Positions 1 to 13,079 of a DNA stretch of 64,000 nucleotides are shown in pieces. How positions within the stretch are numbered: the first letter of the stretch is position 1; each line of letters starts with the position of its first letter. The position numbers and the translations under genes are program-made. This DNA comes from Eledone cirrhosa. Its lineage: Eukaryota. Location of the stretch: NCBI GenBank assembly GCA_964016885.1, contig OZ024755.1, positions 23,808,001-23,872,000 on the forward strand, given 5' to 3'. The notes under the pieces were generated by a model that had not been told where the DNA came from, did no database searches, and saw only the letters and a program-made list of their open reading frames with translations.

Positions 1-165
1 CAGCAATTATCCCAGTGTATTACTGGTGCTTTATTTTATCAAGCCCTGTAAGGATGAAAGGCAAAGTTAACCTCAGCGGGATTTGAACTCAGACTATAAA
101 GGGCCATAACTCTTTGCTACAAAGCATGGCATCAGATCCCCTACCGATACTGCCAATCCACCACT
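1..165 (-). mobile_element. tRNA-derived SINE family A (Meta-domain-like core), clipped by window edge
   Basis: Minus strand has A box (TGGCAGTATCGG), B box (GAGTTCAAATCC) and a GCCTTTCATCCTTAC...GATAAAATAAAGCACCAG core; about 20 copies in the window. Confidence 0.85.
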
Positions 166-447
166 CCTTAGGGTTAAAATAATAAATCACAGCAACAATA
201 TATATATATACTAAAATGCATTTAAAAAAACATAAATGATGTTTAAAGTAAAAAAATAAAATCTTAAGAACTGACATTGAAAAAAAACAGATGCACTCAA
301 AGACAGATAATTTCAGCTGCAACCTTATGTTTGAAAATGAAAATATTGATGACAGAACTCAGAACTTAAAGGGACATAACTATATGCCACAAATTGTTGT
401 CCAATGCTCAAACGATTCTGCCAATCTACTACTCTGCTGATGACATA

Positions 448-890
448 AATAATGTTTTCTGATTTAGGAACAAGGCCAACAATTTTAGGGGAGTGGAAAG
501 TTGATTAACCATTTAGCATTTAAATCAACCATATCTAGCCAGAATTCTCTCACCTCTTTCTCTTCAAACCAGCCGTAACCGGCCACAGACTGATATTAAG
601 GCATTTTTCTCAAAATAAATAACATCAAAATCTCATAGATTCGATATTATGTGAGATAATTATGTGAGGTAAAGCCTTTACCACAAAAATACAAAAGTAA
701 ATATAGGGTAATGTAAATGCTAAAGGGTTAAATCGATGCCAGTGTATTACTGGTGCTTTATTTTATCAAAAATCCGTAAGTATGAAAGGCAAAGCTAATC
801 TCGGTGGGATTCGAACTCAGAATATAAAGGGATGTATATAACTCTATGCTGCAAAGCCTGATTCTCTACCGATTCTGTCAATCCCCCACC
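448..890 (-). mobile_element. SINE family A copy interrupted by a TTAA MITE
   Basis: The halves rejoin as ggaaagttga-TTAA-atcgat, matching the uninterrupted copy near 19950-19975. Confidence 0.8.
509..727. mobile_element. piggyBac-like MITE (family consensus TIR CCCTTTAGCATTT, TTAA TSD)
   Basis: TTAA at 505-508 and 728-731; ~220 bp non-coding body shared by ~18 copies; the empty SINE site has a single TTAA. Confidence 0.85.
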
Positions 891-1179
891 CTTGATGATG
901 ACATAAATAATAGCAACAACAACAACAACAACAACACACCCACACACTTGTCAAGTGAAGAAAATAGCAAAAGCGAGCGAATTTTGGCTTTGCTCCCAAT
1001 GCCAGTCATAAACTGTTTGTGAAGATGGTATTTTTTGAGACACATATTAGTTGGAATGCTTTTTTATGGTTTGTTAGGTGACAACAACAATACCATTGTC
1101 ACTCCACCATCCTTTAATGAGAATTTATTACATAGGTACCAGTCCAGGAATGTTTATTATATTGCCACCAACCCATTAT

Positions 1180-1437
1180 ATTGGATTGGCAGAATCGGTA
1201 GAGCGTCAGACACTATGCTTTGTAGCATAGAGTTATGGTCCTTTACATTCTGAGTTCAAATCCTGTCAAATTTAATTGATTTTTCCCCTCCAAATTACTA
1301 GCCTCATACCTATGCTAGAAACACTTATTATAATCCTGCTGAGGTTAGCTTTGCCTTTCATACTTAAGGGGTCGATAAAATAAAGCACCAGTAATGCACT
1401 GGGGTATTTGCTGGCCTTGTGCCAAAAGTAGAAACAA
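1180..1437 (+). mobile_element. Two partial SINE family A copies
   Basis: A/B-box head at 1180-1265 and core/tail at 1333-1437. Confidence 0.7.
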
Positions 1438-2629
1438 TCCTCGATGTTTGTTTGTCTTCCTTTCCTCTACATTGCAGGCTGCAGTACTGGGGTTTGTAGC
1501 TGAAGCAACTAAGTTGGAGGTGCAGAACATGTGGTGTCCCACATGAAGGATCTACCTCCTTTGAATGGGAAGCAGGTAATTCTGTCTATACCATTTTAAT
1601 GTTTATATAATAGTAAGTACAATCTAATTTTTATACAACAGATACACAATTACCATAACATTTAACATAAAAGACATTAAACAATTACCTAGTACTTTAT
1701 GATAATGATGATCAACCTCACCTGGTTAGTTTATGAAAATATAAATAAACTTAAAAATTCAGAGATGGTGTTCTCCAAAAAAGTTAATATTAAACAGATA
1801 GGTCCATCTCTTAATGTCACCACCGAAAAGAAAAGCAAAATTAAAAGAGAATGATAAAGTGTTACATATATTCTATACAGCAACACTTTAGCCAAAACAC
1901 ACATCATAAAAAAGATGTATGTGTTATGGAAGAAATGAACAAAGATGTAAGAAAAAATGTAACAGCATACATACTAATACCAAAATAGACAAACTTATAG
2001 ATAGAATACACACTGAAAATCCAACCAAACATCTAGATACACAAAACAATGAGATACAAGCTAATGAAAATAACACAACAAAATTTATACCTTTTTCAAA
2101 ACAAACAAAAGCCTCACAAAAGAAAGAAAGGAACACAACAGAGGCAATGACATACAATAAGTGAGAACCTAAACCAAGGTGAAATTGCTACACAAGAAAC
2201 AAACAGTATAGTACTGCAAATTAAAAACATACACACAGGCAAAAACCCAAACACAAGAAGACAAAAAAACAACGAAGGATAAACAAAAAATACAACGAAA
2301 TAAACAGGCACAACAAAAATATACCCTTGCCCTCACACCTAACACAAAACAATTAAACCATACATTGTGACAGATCCTACAGAATCAATATTGAGGTGTA
2401 TCTAACGCCCACAAAAAGAACACCACAAAAATCAATAAACAAGAATGGGTTTAAACACGTCACCCAAAAAACAAGAATAAACAGTTTTATGAAAGAATCA
2501 TCATCATCATCAACAACAACAAAGAATAAGTAAATATAATAGAGCCCTACAAGAATTTATGCTCATAACAGCAGACTACCTGAATATTGACAGATTGAAT
2601 GACTTGATTCTTTTCAATAATGATATTAA

Positions 2630-2838
2630 CCCTTTAGCCTTTAAACCAGCTGAATCCGGCCAGAATTCTCTCACCTCTTTCTGTTCAAACTGGCCGTAAC
2701 CAACTACTCATACTGACATTAAGGTATTGTTCTCAAAATAAATAATATCAAAATCTCATAGATTCGATATTATGTGAGATAAAGCCTTTACTGTGAAAAT
2801 ACAATAGTAAATATAGAGTAATGTAAATGTTAAAAGGG
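2630..2838. mobile_element. piggyBac-like MITE copy
   Basis: ttaaCCCTTTAG start, family body, AAAAGGG end. Confidence 0.8.
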
Positions 2839-3460
2839 TAAAAGAAACTGGGTTTAACCCTAACAAGAAAAAAATCTCTGACAATTGAAAATATAGCACA
2901 CACAATAAAAAAAACAAAAGACCTATCCTTACTATGTGAACTAGAAAAAGTGGGATCCAGCACAAAAAAAGAAAAAAAAGAACCGAAATAACAAAAATAA
3001 ATATAAATTAAAAAAATACCTTAGTGGCAAAAGAAAAACTCAAGCAAAGCATAACAGCAAAAGAATTCTGTATAAAATAGCATGAAAAGCATGATTGCTT
3101 CTTGTAAGAAAACAAAGAAATTCAGGTAAATACCAAACAATTCTACCGAAACATCAAAAAAGAAAAACCAAACTAAAAAGAAAACCCATAACAATAGAAG
3201 GCATACCGGCAACATCAAAACTTCAAACATACTGGGTGGGTGGGGGTGGGGGAATATGGAGCAGAGAAAGTCCAACAAAACAAAAATATGCAATGGATAA
3301 GAAGGGATAGGGAAGGAAAAAAAAGTATGATAACAGCATAAACTTGGCCTACCATCACCAGCCAGGAAATAACTGATATATTGAGAACTGCCAGCAACAG
3401 AAAAATACTAGGAATAGACAGGTTCTCCATCTTCTGGCTGAAACACCTCACCAGTACCCA

Positions 3461-4108
3461 CAGATACATAGCAACAGTACCCAAGGATAGATATCAATAG
3501 TACCCAAGGATACATAGCAATAGTACCCAAGGATACATAGCAATAGTACCCAAGGATACATAGCAAGAGTAGCCATAGATACATAGCAAGAGTAGCCATA
3601 GATACATAGCAACAGCAGCCATAGATACATAGCAACAGTACCCGCAGATACATAGCAACAGTACTCAAGGATACATAGCAATAGTACTCATAGATGCATA
3701 GCAACAGTACCTAAGGAGACATAGCAACAGTACCCATAGATACATAGCAACAGTACCCATAGATACATAACAATATTACCAGTTCCAGATTTAGGACAAA
3801 TGAGGCCCTGTGCTAGTTAAGTTATGAGGCCCCTTACTTGGGCCTTAAAGGAGGTAAAAAAAATCTTAGCAGGAAGATGGGCCCCCCTGGCCAGTAGGGG
3901 TCCTGTGCTTAAGCACACCTAAGCACAATAGTAAATCCGGCACTGAACATTACTCATAGATAGATAGCAACTGTACCCATAGATTCATAGCAACAGTACC
4001 CATAGATACACAACAATACCCATAGATACATAGCAACAGTACCCATAGATATATCATAACAATACCCGTAGATACATGGCAACAATACCCATAGTTACAT
4101 AGCAACAG
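3461..4108. repeat. ~21-22 bp minisatellite (tacccatagatacatagcaacag), split by a hAT MITE
   Basis: Tandem units at 3461-3779 and 3946-4108; explains the repetitive minus-strand ORFs. Confidence 0.9.
3780..3945. mobile_element. hAT-type MITE
   Basis: Ends CAGTTCCAGATTTA / TAAATCCGGCACTG; 8-bp TSD aatattac/aacattac; sister copy at 34241-34382. Confidence 0.8.
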
Positions 4109-4129
4109 CATTTAATGAAATACTAAGTC

Positions 4130-4670
4130 ACTCAGAATCAACATGTGACTGAATGTTTGAGGGGGAAAAACAAGACTAATCCACCAAATCAAAAACATCA
4201 TACATGGACAAAATTATAACTTGTTTGTCAACAACCTATAAAATCTTCATATTGATAACATGTAATTGGCTTGTTACACATCTGGAAAGCAACAATGTGC
4301 TACCAGAAGAATAAAAACAGGTTCCTGAAAAGGATGTACGGATGTTAAAAGCAGCTGTGGTAGACTGGACTTTTATAGAAAATTGTAAAAAGAAGAAAAC
4401 AACTCAACATGGCCTTGAATGACTATCAGAAGGCTTTTAATAACATTCCTCACACATGGACTGGAGTCAGTCCACATAAAGAAATCCCAACACTGCCTAA
4501 ATATATCAGCCATGTCATGACAAAATGGAAAACACCATAACGCTGCAAAATTAGGGCAACTACCATCAAAACCAGCCCTATACTCATAACAAAAATGAAT
4601 TTTCAAAGGGGAGATATTATCCTTCCCCATATTTTGCCTTGCTCTGAATCCATTAACAAACTAGATAAAT
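4130..4670 (+). pseudogene. Degenerate non-LTR reverse transcriptase fragment (R4/Dong-like)
   Basis: Broken frames give DYQKAFNNIPHTW and FCLALNPL motifs; stops and frameshifts throughout. Confidence 0.6.
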
Positions 4671-4684
4671 AAATTCACCATTAA

Positions 4685-4834
4685 CCCTTTAGCATTTAAA
4701 CCAGCCAAATCCGACCAGAATTCTCTCACTTCTTTCTGTTCAAACCGATTATAACTGGCCACTCATACCGATGTTAAGGTATTTTTCTCAAAATAAATAA
4801 TATCAAAATCATAGATTCAATATTATGTGAGATA
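4685..4834. mobile_element. piggyBac-like MITE, truncated
   Basis: ttaaCCCTTTAGCATTT left end; right end missing. Confidence 0.75.
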
Positions 4835-5237
4835 TACTTTTCTCAGAACCAAAACACGGGGTTGTTTAATAAAATGAATAAGGAGGAAAACCCACACAAT
4901 ATGTTGATGGACTCAGAAATAAACATTGTTTCTTTCCAGAGGATGTGGGTAGATTTGTTGATGAACCCACCGAAGAAATGCTGTGTGGGTAACCTTAAAT
5001 GTTTTTATGTGTTATATCATAGCTTGTGTTTGTTATTGAGTGGTTTATAATAATTTTATACTTACTCTCTACCAAATTAATCTATTTATTGTATAATCTT
5101 TTTGCTCCTACCCTCATTTTTATATAACTTTGTCTAACACCACATGTATTGCAACTCCTATGCTGATAATGAATAGTGTATTCTATGTGCAAGCTCTAGT
5201 AGCTAATTAAAACATTTATCATTATTAATTATTATAA

Positions 5238-5430
5238 AGGGCAGTGGAATGGCAGTATCGGTAGAGGGTCCGATGCCATGCTTTGCAGCATAGAGTTATG
5301 CCCCTTTATGGTCTGAGTTCAAATCTCGCCGAGGTTAACTTTGCCTTTCAACCTTACGGGGTCAATAAAATAAAGCATCAGTAATGCACTGGGGTAATTG
5401 CTGGCCTTGTGCCAAAAGTAGAAACAATTA
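5238..5430 (+). mobile_element. SINE family A, full length
   Basis: A box, B box, core and gtagaaacaatt tail. Confidence 0.85.
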
Positions 5431-5449
5431 TTTATAGAACAACTGTCTA

Positions 5450-5540
5450 CCACCACTACTGCTGCTGCTGCTGCTGCTACTACTACTACTACTACTACTG
5501 CTACTACTACTACTACTACTGTTGCTGCTGCTGTTACTGT
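5450..5540. repeat. (GCT)n/(ACT)n microsatellite
   Basis: Seen directly. Confidence 0.9.
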
Positions 5541-6656
5541 TGATACTTATATTTAGGTGATGAAAATTACTATTTTAAATCTGAACACCAACAAAAATAA
5601 GGATGATGACGACATTGGAATCATGCCAAAATGTTTGTTTGTCATTTAAGAGAGTAAATAGGGAGTCTGAAACAAGGTATATTTGTTTGCATGCCAAGAA
5701 GTTTTTATAAACATGCTGCATGAAACATTGTTATATCAATAGAGAAATGATGTCTCTAAATCTACGTTTAAACCCCAAAATATTCTATTTCAGTATTTCA
5801 AATATTCTATTTCAGTATTTTGATAACAACAGTCATGTTGGTACCAAGAGAGAAGTTAGTAGTAATTTTATCTATTAAGTATACCATTTCTGTCATTGGG
5901 AAACAAGCAAGGTAATTTGAAATATCAAATTATGCATGTTATTCAAATGTTCAAAGATCGTATTCCAACCATTACATTTGCATATTCATACTTAGTTTAA
6001 ATAGGTTTGCTATCAAGCTGATACTAGAGAACTGCAGTTCCGAAATGTATAATACCTGACCTTTAATATAACAACACAGACCTAATGCACAATATTCAAA
6101 TAAGTCATTACAAATTCTTAGATTACAACATAATTGAGCTCTTGTTATGCAACATAGAAAATGGTTCTACAATTCACAAGCATAAAATTCACAAACTGCC
6201 ATTATCAGAAATTGCTTTCCACAAAATAGATGGGAGAAATGAATTGGCTCCATAATTCTGAATAACTTATTCCAGAGAAGGAGACAGAAATTCTATTTTT
6301 AGAGTTACTGAATGTAATCAACTAATATAATCTATTTTTAAGCATACTACATTATTCTGAGAAGCAGATGAATTCTTATGAGATAATTATTGAATATTCT
6401 TAAAGAGCTCTCAAATTCACAGCCTTCCATCAGGGTCAAAGTGAAAAGAAAATGACTGAAATAAGAATTGAAGCTGAATTTAGAAATCTTATGAAGGGAA
6501 ACGATCAAGTGAAGAACTAATGGATATAAAGTTGAACCCCCAAATATTTTTCCAATATGTGTGCATGCCTCTAACCTTAAAATAAAATATTATTGAAACA
6601 ACTCAATGGTTTATCTACATACAATAACTTTTATCCTGGAGCTGTTACTTCCTTAC

Positions 6657-6882
6657 CCCTTTAATATTTACATTACTCTATATTTACTATTATATTTTTT
6701 GTGGTAAATGCTTTACCTCACATAATTATGTCACATAATATCGAATCTATGAGATTTTGATATTATTTATTTTGAGAACAATACCTTAACATAGGTATGA
6801 GTGGTCAGATACAGCTGTTTTAAACAGAAAGAGGTGAGAGAATTCTGTCCGGATATGGTTGGCTGGTTTAAATATTAAAGGG
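6657..6882. mobile_element. piggyBac-like MITE copy (opposite orientation to 509-727)
   Basis: Family body; ends AAAGGGttaa. Confidence 0.8.
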
Positions 6883-7262
6883 TTAAGGAATAGAAATGTG
6901 TTATCTGCCACTCAAGTATCATTTAATGTCTGTTTTCCATGCTAGCAAGGGTTGGACATGAATATCAAAATTAATGGTGGGAAGCTAAAGACAGAAGCCT
7001 TGTGAATACCTATCTGTACTCTAAATTCTTCCCTGAAATCACTTTTATGCATTTTATAATTTCCCCCACATTCATATTGCACTCATACACATATAATTTG
7101 CTAATACTGACAATGTTTTAAGAACTTATTCATCACAAATCATGATTTATATAGCTATTTCTTTTGCATGTAAATAAATACACATACACATATACACACA
7201 GATATGCCCTTTCATATTTACACATCATACATACACTGATATAAACATAAATGTATTCATAT

Positions 7263-8955
7263 CTGTATACAACAACTACAACGGTACGCGATGGAGGCCG
7301 CCCACAGCCTCGGCGGACAGAATGGAGAAGGCGTTTCCCCGGAGGATGGCAAAGGAGACGCACTGGAAAAGCCACTCCAACTCGCGGGGCTCACACCTGC
7401 GGCTGGCCAGCTCAGCGCCTATGGTGGTGAGTAAGGAGGTAGCCCTGGGGCCGAGGACACCAGAAGTCTCCACTGCCAGGGGTATGACCGCAAACCTGCT
7501 GGAGAGCGACCGGTATTTGAGGAGTTTGGCACCCTCAGCCCGACGTGAAGCAGAATCTGGGTCAGTCGCAGACTGCACAAGGTTGCGGCTGCAGAAAGTG
7601 TCAATGCAAGTGGCATCCCAGACGAGGGGTTTGCCACTGCAGAACGGGAAGATGGTCATGCCATCTGGCCTTTTGCCATCCCCTCAATCCAGCCCCACCG
7701 GCTCGAGCTGGGAAGGGAAGCCTGCAGAGTCCAAGCCATGCTTAATGACCTCGTTGAGGGCAGTATGGCATGGAATGCGGGCGGCACTGTGGCGACAGGA
7801 AAGCGGGTGGAGGCCGAAAGAGTCCACGGTGGAACCGCAGCGACATTGGTGTGGCTGGCAGATCCGGAGGTCGAGCCTCAGGGAAACGCCGATTCGCAGG
7901 CTATGGTTGTCTAGCTGCGTGCCAGTGGAGAAGGAGGGCAGGGCATGGAGCCAGGCACCACTGTGGGGTTTGGAGGCCGCACGAAAACAAGCAAGGCGGT
8001 GCTGGTCGAGCTGGCGCATGAGCCTGTCAGGCCAGGCTGCACTGGATGTCATCCCAAGTTCGTTGGGGGGGACTTGACGTCAATAGGGGGAGAAGGAGGA
8101 GGGACGTCTACTGGGCTAAGTCCCAGCCAGTCCCACATCTCACAGGCGGCCTCATGTTCTCTGAACACAGAGGGTTCTGTTGTGTTTTGAAGAACCCTGC
8201 TGACGAGGACGTGGCATGAGGTTACCGACGAAAGATACGCCGGCAAAGCTAGTGAAATCGGGGACCGGAGGCCAAGGCCACCATACCTGACAGGTAAAGT
8301 GGCCTGTTGCCACCCTATGTCATCAAACTTGAAGTTGCATATCCCCTCGGCTGCTGCTCGGATACAAGTATCGAGGTCAGCAAGGAGAGATGTCTGGGTG
8401 TAGCATGGAGCGCTGTGGAGTGTATAGAAGAGCTTCGGCATGGCGAAGCAGTTCCTCAGCAGAAAGAGAGCTGGGTCGCCGTCAATCAAGCCCAGTCGGC
8501 TCATGAGAGTCTGGAGCTGTTGAAGCCTGGACCTGATGGTGGAGTGGATGGCTGGCAGGTGGATCGGTGACCCGAGGATGAGGACATCCTCTTTGGGGTT
8601 CACCTGAACCTGGCAGAGAATGGATCACACATCCAAGATGGAGGCTGCAAAGCTCGCAGCATCGAGGCTGAAGTTCACCACCTCCGACTTCTTGGCCGAG
8701 TTGACCTGGAGGCCGATTCTCGCCAGGGCAGGAACCACCGATTGAAGGTCATGGCAGACCGTCCGTACGGACCCGCCCAATGTAGCATCATCCAGATACC
8801 AAACGTTGAGAGGGGCCGTGATACTCCGGGCGATGTGGTCAATACCAAGGGTGAACAGGAGGGGTCCCAAAGGGTCGCCCTGTTGGACCCCAGAAGCCGA
8901 GGGTATGACCGTATCAGCAGCAAGGAGCATGCTCGGGGCTCCATATGACAGGTAA
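7263..8955 (-). mobile_element. 5'-truncated CRE-like non-LTR retrotransposon (RT + Cys/His knuckle + restriction-like endonuclease), disrupted
   Basis: Consecutive minus ORFs: GVQQGDPLGPLLF, WYLDD, LPVRYGGLG, SGAWLHALP, CRCG..GLHPLSC, (RPDG)MTIFPF..LVWDATC, KYRSL, AVETSG; 10-bp TSD GTATTCATAT at 7253-7262 and 8956-8965; visibly GC-rich versus flanks. Confidence 0.9.
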
Positions 8956-9324
8956 GTATTCATATACTTTCATATACTTTCACATACAATCAATATGTCT
9001 GGAAATATCTTACTATTATATTCATTAAGGAACAATAGAAAAATAATGAACTTTAACAATGAATTATTAACTAACTATACACATTTCTATATCTATCTAA
9101 ATATCCACCAATACATAACTGGAGACATCAACCTTTGTAGCTGGGAACAAACAAACTTTATTTACAGTAGTCTATAAACACAACCTCTACTTTAGATTGC
9201 ACATATTCATGCATAAATTTCAAACAATGTTCCAGTTTATGTTCAATGTTATATCAGCTAGAGGTCAATGAAAGCCAATTAAAAAAAATATGAAATGTAC
9301 AGTAAAATGACAAACAATATTTAA

Positions 9325-9545
9325 CCCTTTAGCATTTACATTACTCTATATATACTAATGTATTTTTGTGGTGAAGGCTTTATTTTACATAATTATCTCA
9401 CATAATATCGAATTGCTGAGATTTTGATGTTATTTATTTTGAGAACAATATCTTCACATCAGTAGGAGTGGCCAGTTATGGCCCATTTGAACAGAAAGAG
9501 GTGAGAGAATTCAGGCCGGGTATAGCTGGTTTAAATGCTAATGGG
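9325..9545. mobile_element. piggyBac-like MITE copy
   Basis: TTAA on both sides, TIRs present. Confidence 0.85.
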
Positions 9546-9589
9546 TTAAGTTACAAAAACCCCAAGGAATAGCTAGTATGACCTTCAGG

Positions 9590-9760
9590 GTTTTTTCATT
9601 TGCCTTTAACAGAGCTCTGATCTTAGATCCCCTCTTGTCTATTATTGTCCTTCAGACTATAACAGAGGAATTAAAAACTGACTGCCCATGGGAACACTTA
9701 TGTGTCAATGATCTAGTCCTCATAGCTGAAACTGCAGTAGAACTAGAGAAGAAATTCTAG
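9590..9760 (+). pseudogene. RTE-like LINE RT fragment
   Basis: LDPLLSII..CPWEHLCVNDLVLIAE resembles the SPLLF...YADDLVL motif; homologous piece at 44878-45120. Confidence 0.65.
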
Positions 9761-11019
9761 TAATTTGGTTATCTGTTGACTCATGCATATTTTATGGTGA
9801 ATAAATCTATATTCAAGACTGCATAAATGATACTAAACTTCTTTTATTAAAATAGAAATTATAGACGCTACACAGAAAGTCAATGAAATGCTTTCGAAAA
9901 TATCCTAACACTATTTTCTGATACCAATATAGATAAGAAATATTGGTTATAGAATAAAAGCTGAATAAATAAAGTAAATTTAATCACAATACATGACTAC
10001 TTGTTTTAAAAAGAGTTATGTAACTTCGGAATTGTCCAGTAAATATTCACTATGAGTCAAGGTTATATAAGCATTTAGATGAAGTAATATAACAGAAATA
10101 ATTTGTGCTTATTAAATCAATGAAACCAACTCATGTAGAGAGTAAAATCTAAATTGGGATTGTGGATTCTAAAATTATGTAGACTATACAAAAACATTCC
10201 ACTTCCGAGAGGAAAGAGATATATATACATTCACAATGTAATTAATGATGAATATGAGGTATATATTTAGCATGAGGATTACACCAATGTAGGCATATGA
10301 CGTTCAAATAATAAATGAATTGGTGTTGGCATATTTGATATATTTGTGGTTGGAAACAAACTTTTATATGAAGCAAAAAATAAATCATAAAGGAAATTTA
10401 CTCTGATGATTAGTGGTCACCCCCCCCCCCCAATCCCAGCACTGTAGACTCTCTTTATATATATATGTACATGTTATATGTATATATATATTATATCTAT
10501 ATCTATATATATTATATATATGTGTGTGTGTGTGTATTCCCATTTAAGATAATCATCGCTTAATATTCATTTTCCATGCTTGCATAGGTTAGGTAGATTA
10601 TCACATATTGAAGGTTAACTATTCAGGTAAGGTTTGGAGTCTATGGCAGGATACCCTTTCTAATGCCAAACACTTTACAGTTTGCACTGGGAGAATTTTA
10701 TCATGACTCTAGCGCTACCACCTTTCAGAACGAACAGAGCATGTTTTATCATTGCACACACACACAAGTGACCCCTTAAACAAGAAATTTGTCCCACAAC
10801 TATATTTGTTACCACAAAATATTGTTACCACATAAGAGAGAAAGAATGAGAGGAGATAAGAAAATGAAAGCAAAGCACAGAGATAGTCAGAGAAAGTATT
10901 CTTCATGACAAGAGCACAGCAGCAGTGTCTATGAGGAAAATGAAAAGGGTTTAAAGGGTTTGCTAGTAAAGTCATAAGATTGAGAAAGAAGGGGACATGT
11001 GTAGACTGGAGAGAAATGA

Positions 11020-11385
11020 ACCAACCATGTTTCATTGGATGTTCAATGTAAATGTTATAGAAAGGCAGAGGTTGGATTAGCTGAGTGTGAAGCTGAGTTT
11101 AAGAGGAATCCGAGTTGGTGTGCAAGAGAGAAGGCTGCATTGGTATGGGCATGTAATGCACATGGATGATGATCACTGGATGAAGAAGAGCCAGAAAGTC
11201 TCAGTGGAAGGAAGCTGCAGTAGAGGTAAACCAAGAAAGACTTGGGCAGAGGTGAAGAGAGCTGATCACAAATCACTGAGACTCACAGAGGAACACGATA
11301 AGTGGAGAGATGCTGTGCTGAAAAGAACCCATCCAACCCATGCATTTTTGGTAAAACGGATGTAAAAACAATAATGATGATGATG

Positions 11386-11388
<3 letters not shown>
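11020..11388 (+). mobile_element. RTE LINE 3' end with (ATG)n tail
   Basis: RRLHWYGHVMHM...RGKPRKTW C-terminal motif followed by an ATG-repeat tail. Confidence 0.8.
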
Positions 11389-11417
<29 letters not shown>

Positions 11418-11494
11418 CTGCAACACATGGCAAGATGCATAATTTATAAAAGCACCACTGTCTAATACCGTAGTTCTCTTCTAGAAAAAAGGCT

Positions 11495-11755
11495 GTCTCA
11501 AGCCAGGAGGTTCGTTAGGTTAGTGCTTATCCTGGTTTTATGATGTGAAGCGACTGAGAGTACAAGACTTCCCCCTGGACAGGATGCCGGTCCATCACAG
11601 GGTTAAACCACCAGCTATTGCTGGTACTCATTTTCAACTGAGTATACTGGAGCAACATGAAATGAAGTTTTTACTCAAGAACACAACACACAACCCAGCC
11701 CATGGCAATATGATTGTAAGTCCAACACTCTAACCGCTAAGCTACACACCTCCAC
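11495..11755 (-). mobile_element. tRNA-headed SINE (V/CORE-like body, distinct tail)
   Basis: Shares the ttcttgagtaaaaact..gttgctccagt body with family B; tail ccccctggacaggatgccggtccatcacagg differs. Confidence 0.6.
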
Positions 11756-13079
11756 TATTGCTCTCTTACAGCACCAAAATCCAAATCAATTCCCAATAAA
11801 AACGAATGTCTTCAGATACCAGGCTTATTCAAACAGCTCAATAAGATGAATATTAATTGCTTGACAAATGGTAACAACACTCTTGGAGTAGCAACTCAAT
11901 AATACTCAGCTTTGAATAAATAATTGTTTCTACTCTAATACAGTATTGAGAATTTGTTCACTGTTTTGCACTTCACTCCACACAAATACATATATCCATA
12001 CATATATATCTATAGTTCGAATTAACAAAAAAACAACAAATAAGGTTTACCAATTTTATGTTATTAGCGATTTATAATTAAATATACCTTAAAAGGCTGC
12101 TCCAAATGTATAGATGCTAAAAGTACAACACACTTTACTGTTATTAGAAATGAAGAAGAGTATAAGTAATGAGATTCATTGAAATGAATGAAACAGAACA
12201 CATCATCACAAGTAAATATTTTTCTCTAAAATGAAATATTACCAACTAGCAGTGTAGTAGCATCATCATCGTTAACTGTTACAAAAGAAAATCTTCTTTT
12301 ACAGAGGAGGGTAATTACATAGATCAGAAACTAAGGAAGAAGATTTGAATATAGCTGACAGTGTCAGGACATGGTTCATTTTGGTAAGATGTAGTTTAAA
12401 TTCATATGAGAACATGAAACTATATATCTATATTGCTTGTAAGAAATTCTTGTGTTGACATAGAGAAGGCCTTCAACAAGATTTCATGCTCTAATGTGTA
12501 GTAAGTTCTGGGAAAATTACAGCAAATAAACAGCTTAATAGAACAGTTCAAGTTGTTGACAAGATTGCTTGCTGTAAACAAGGTTAGGATCAGCAGAAAG
12601 TTAATGAAGAATTTAGTCAACAGGACAAGGTTTAATGATAGATAATTCATAATTTACAAAAACAACTGATTAGGAACAATGGAATTTAAATAGCAACTAT
12701 ACAGGTATTACGTGTTGGAAAGACTTGTTTTCATAGAAAAGGAGAACATAGGAATTTATATATAAGGCATTTGTAAATTTATAAGATATTTACTGACTTT
12801 TCTAACAAAGGTTGAATGCTTCGTACCAAAAATCTCAAGTTATTCAGGATAGAAACTAGGAATATAAATACCCAGATAAATTATACAAAGACATTAGATT
12901 TATCCAGATTATGTAAGAAGGATGGTGATTTCAAGACTGCTAATATAATAGTATTCTGGAGGTTTTCAAAGGTGCTTAGATGTTTATAAATAATTTGACT
13001 TGAAATAGCAGGAACTGCAGGCCTGAATTCTATCACTTAACTAAGAACCATTTCAATTTCAATTTCAATATTTTAGTTT

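Noticed and set aside
1716-1750. Second minus-strand AG|GT motif (ctaaccag|gtgagg)
   Set aside because: Weak pyrimidine tract; expected by chance.
7322-8077. 251-aa plus-strand ORF, the longest in the track
   Set aside because: Antisense shadow of the GC-rich CRE-like element; all recognisable motifs are on the minus strand.
5580-12980. Possible very old LINE remnants at ~5600-6500, 9800-10400 and 12300-12980 (e.g. DIEKAFNKI)
   Set aside because: Too degraded to delimit or classify by eye.
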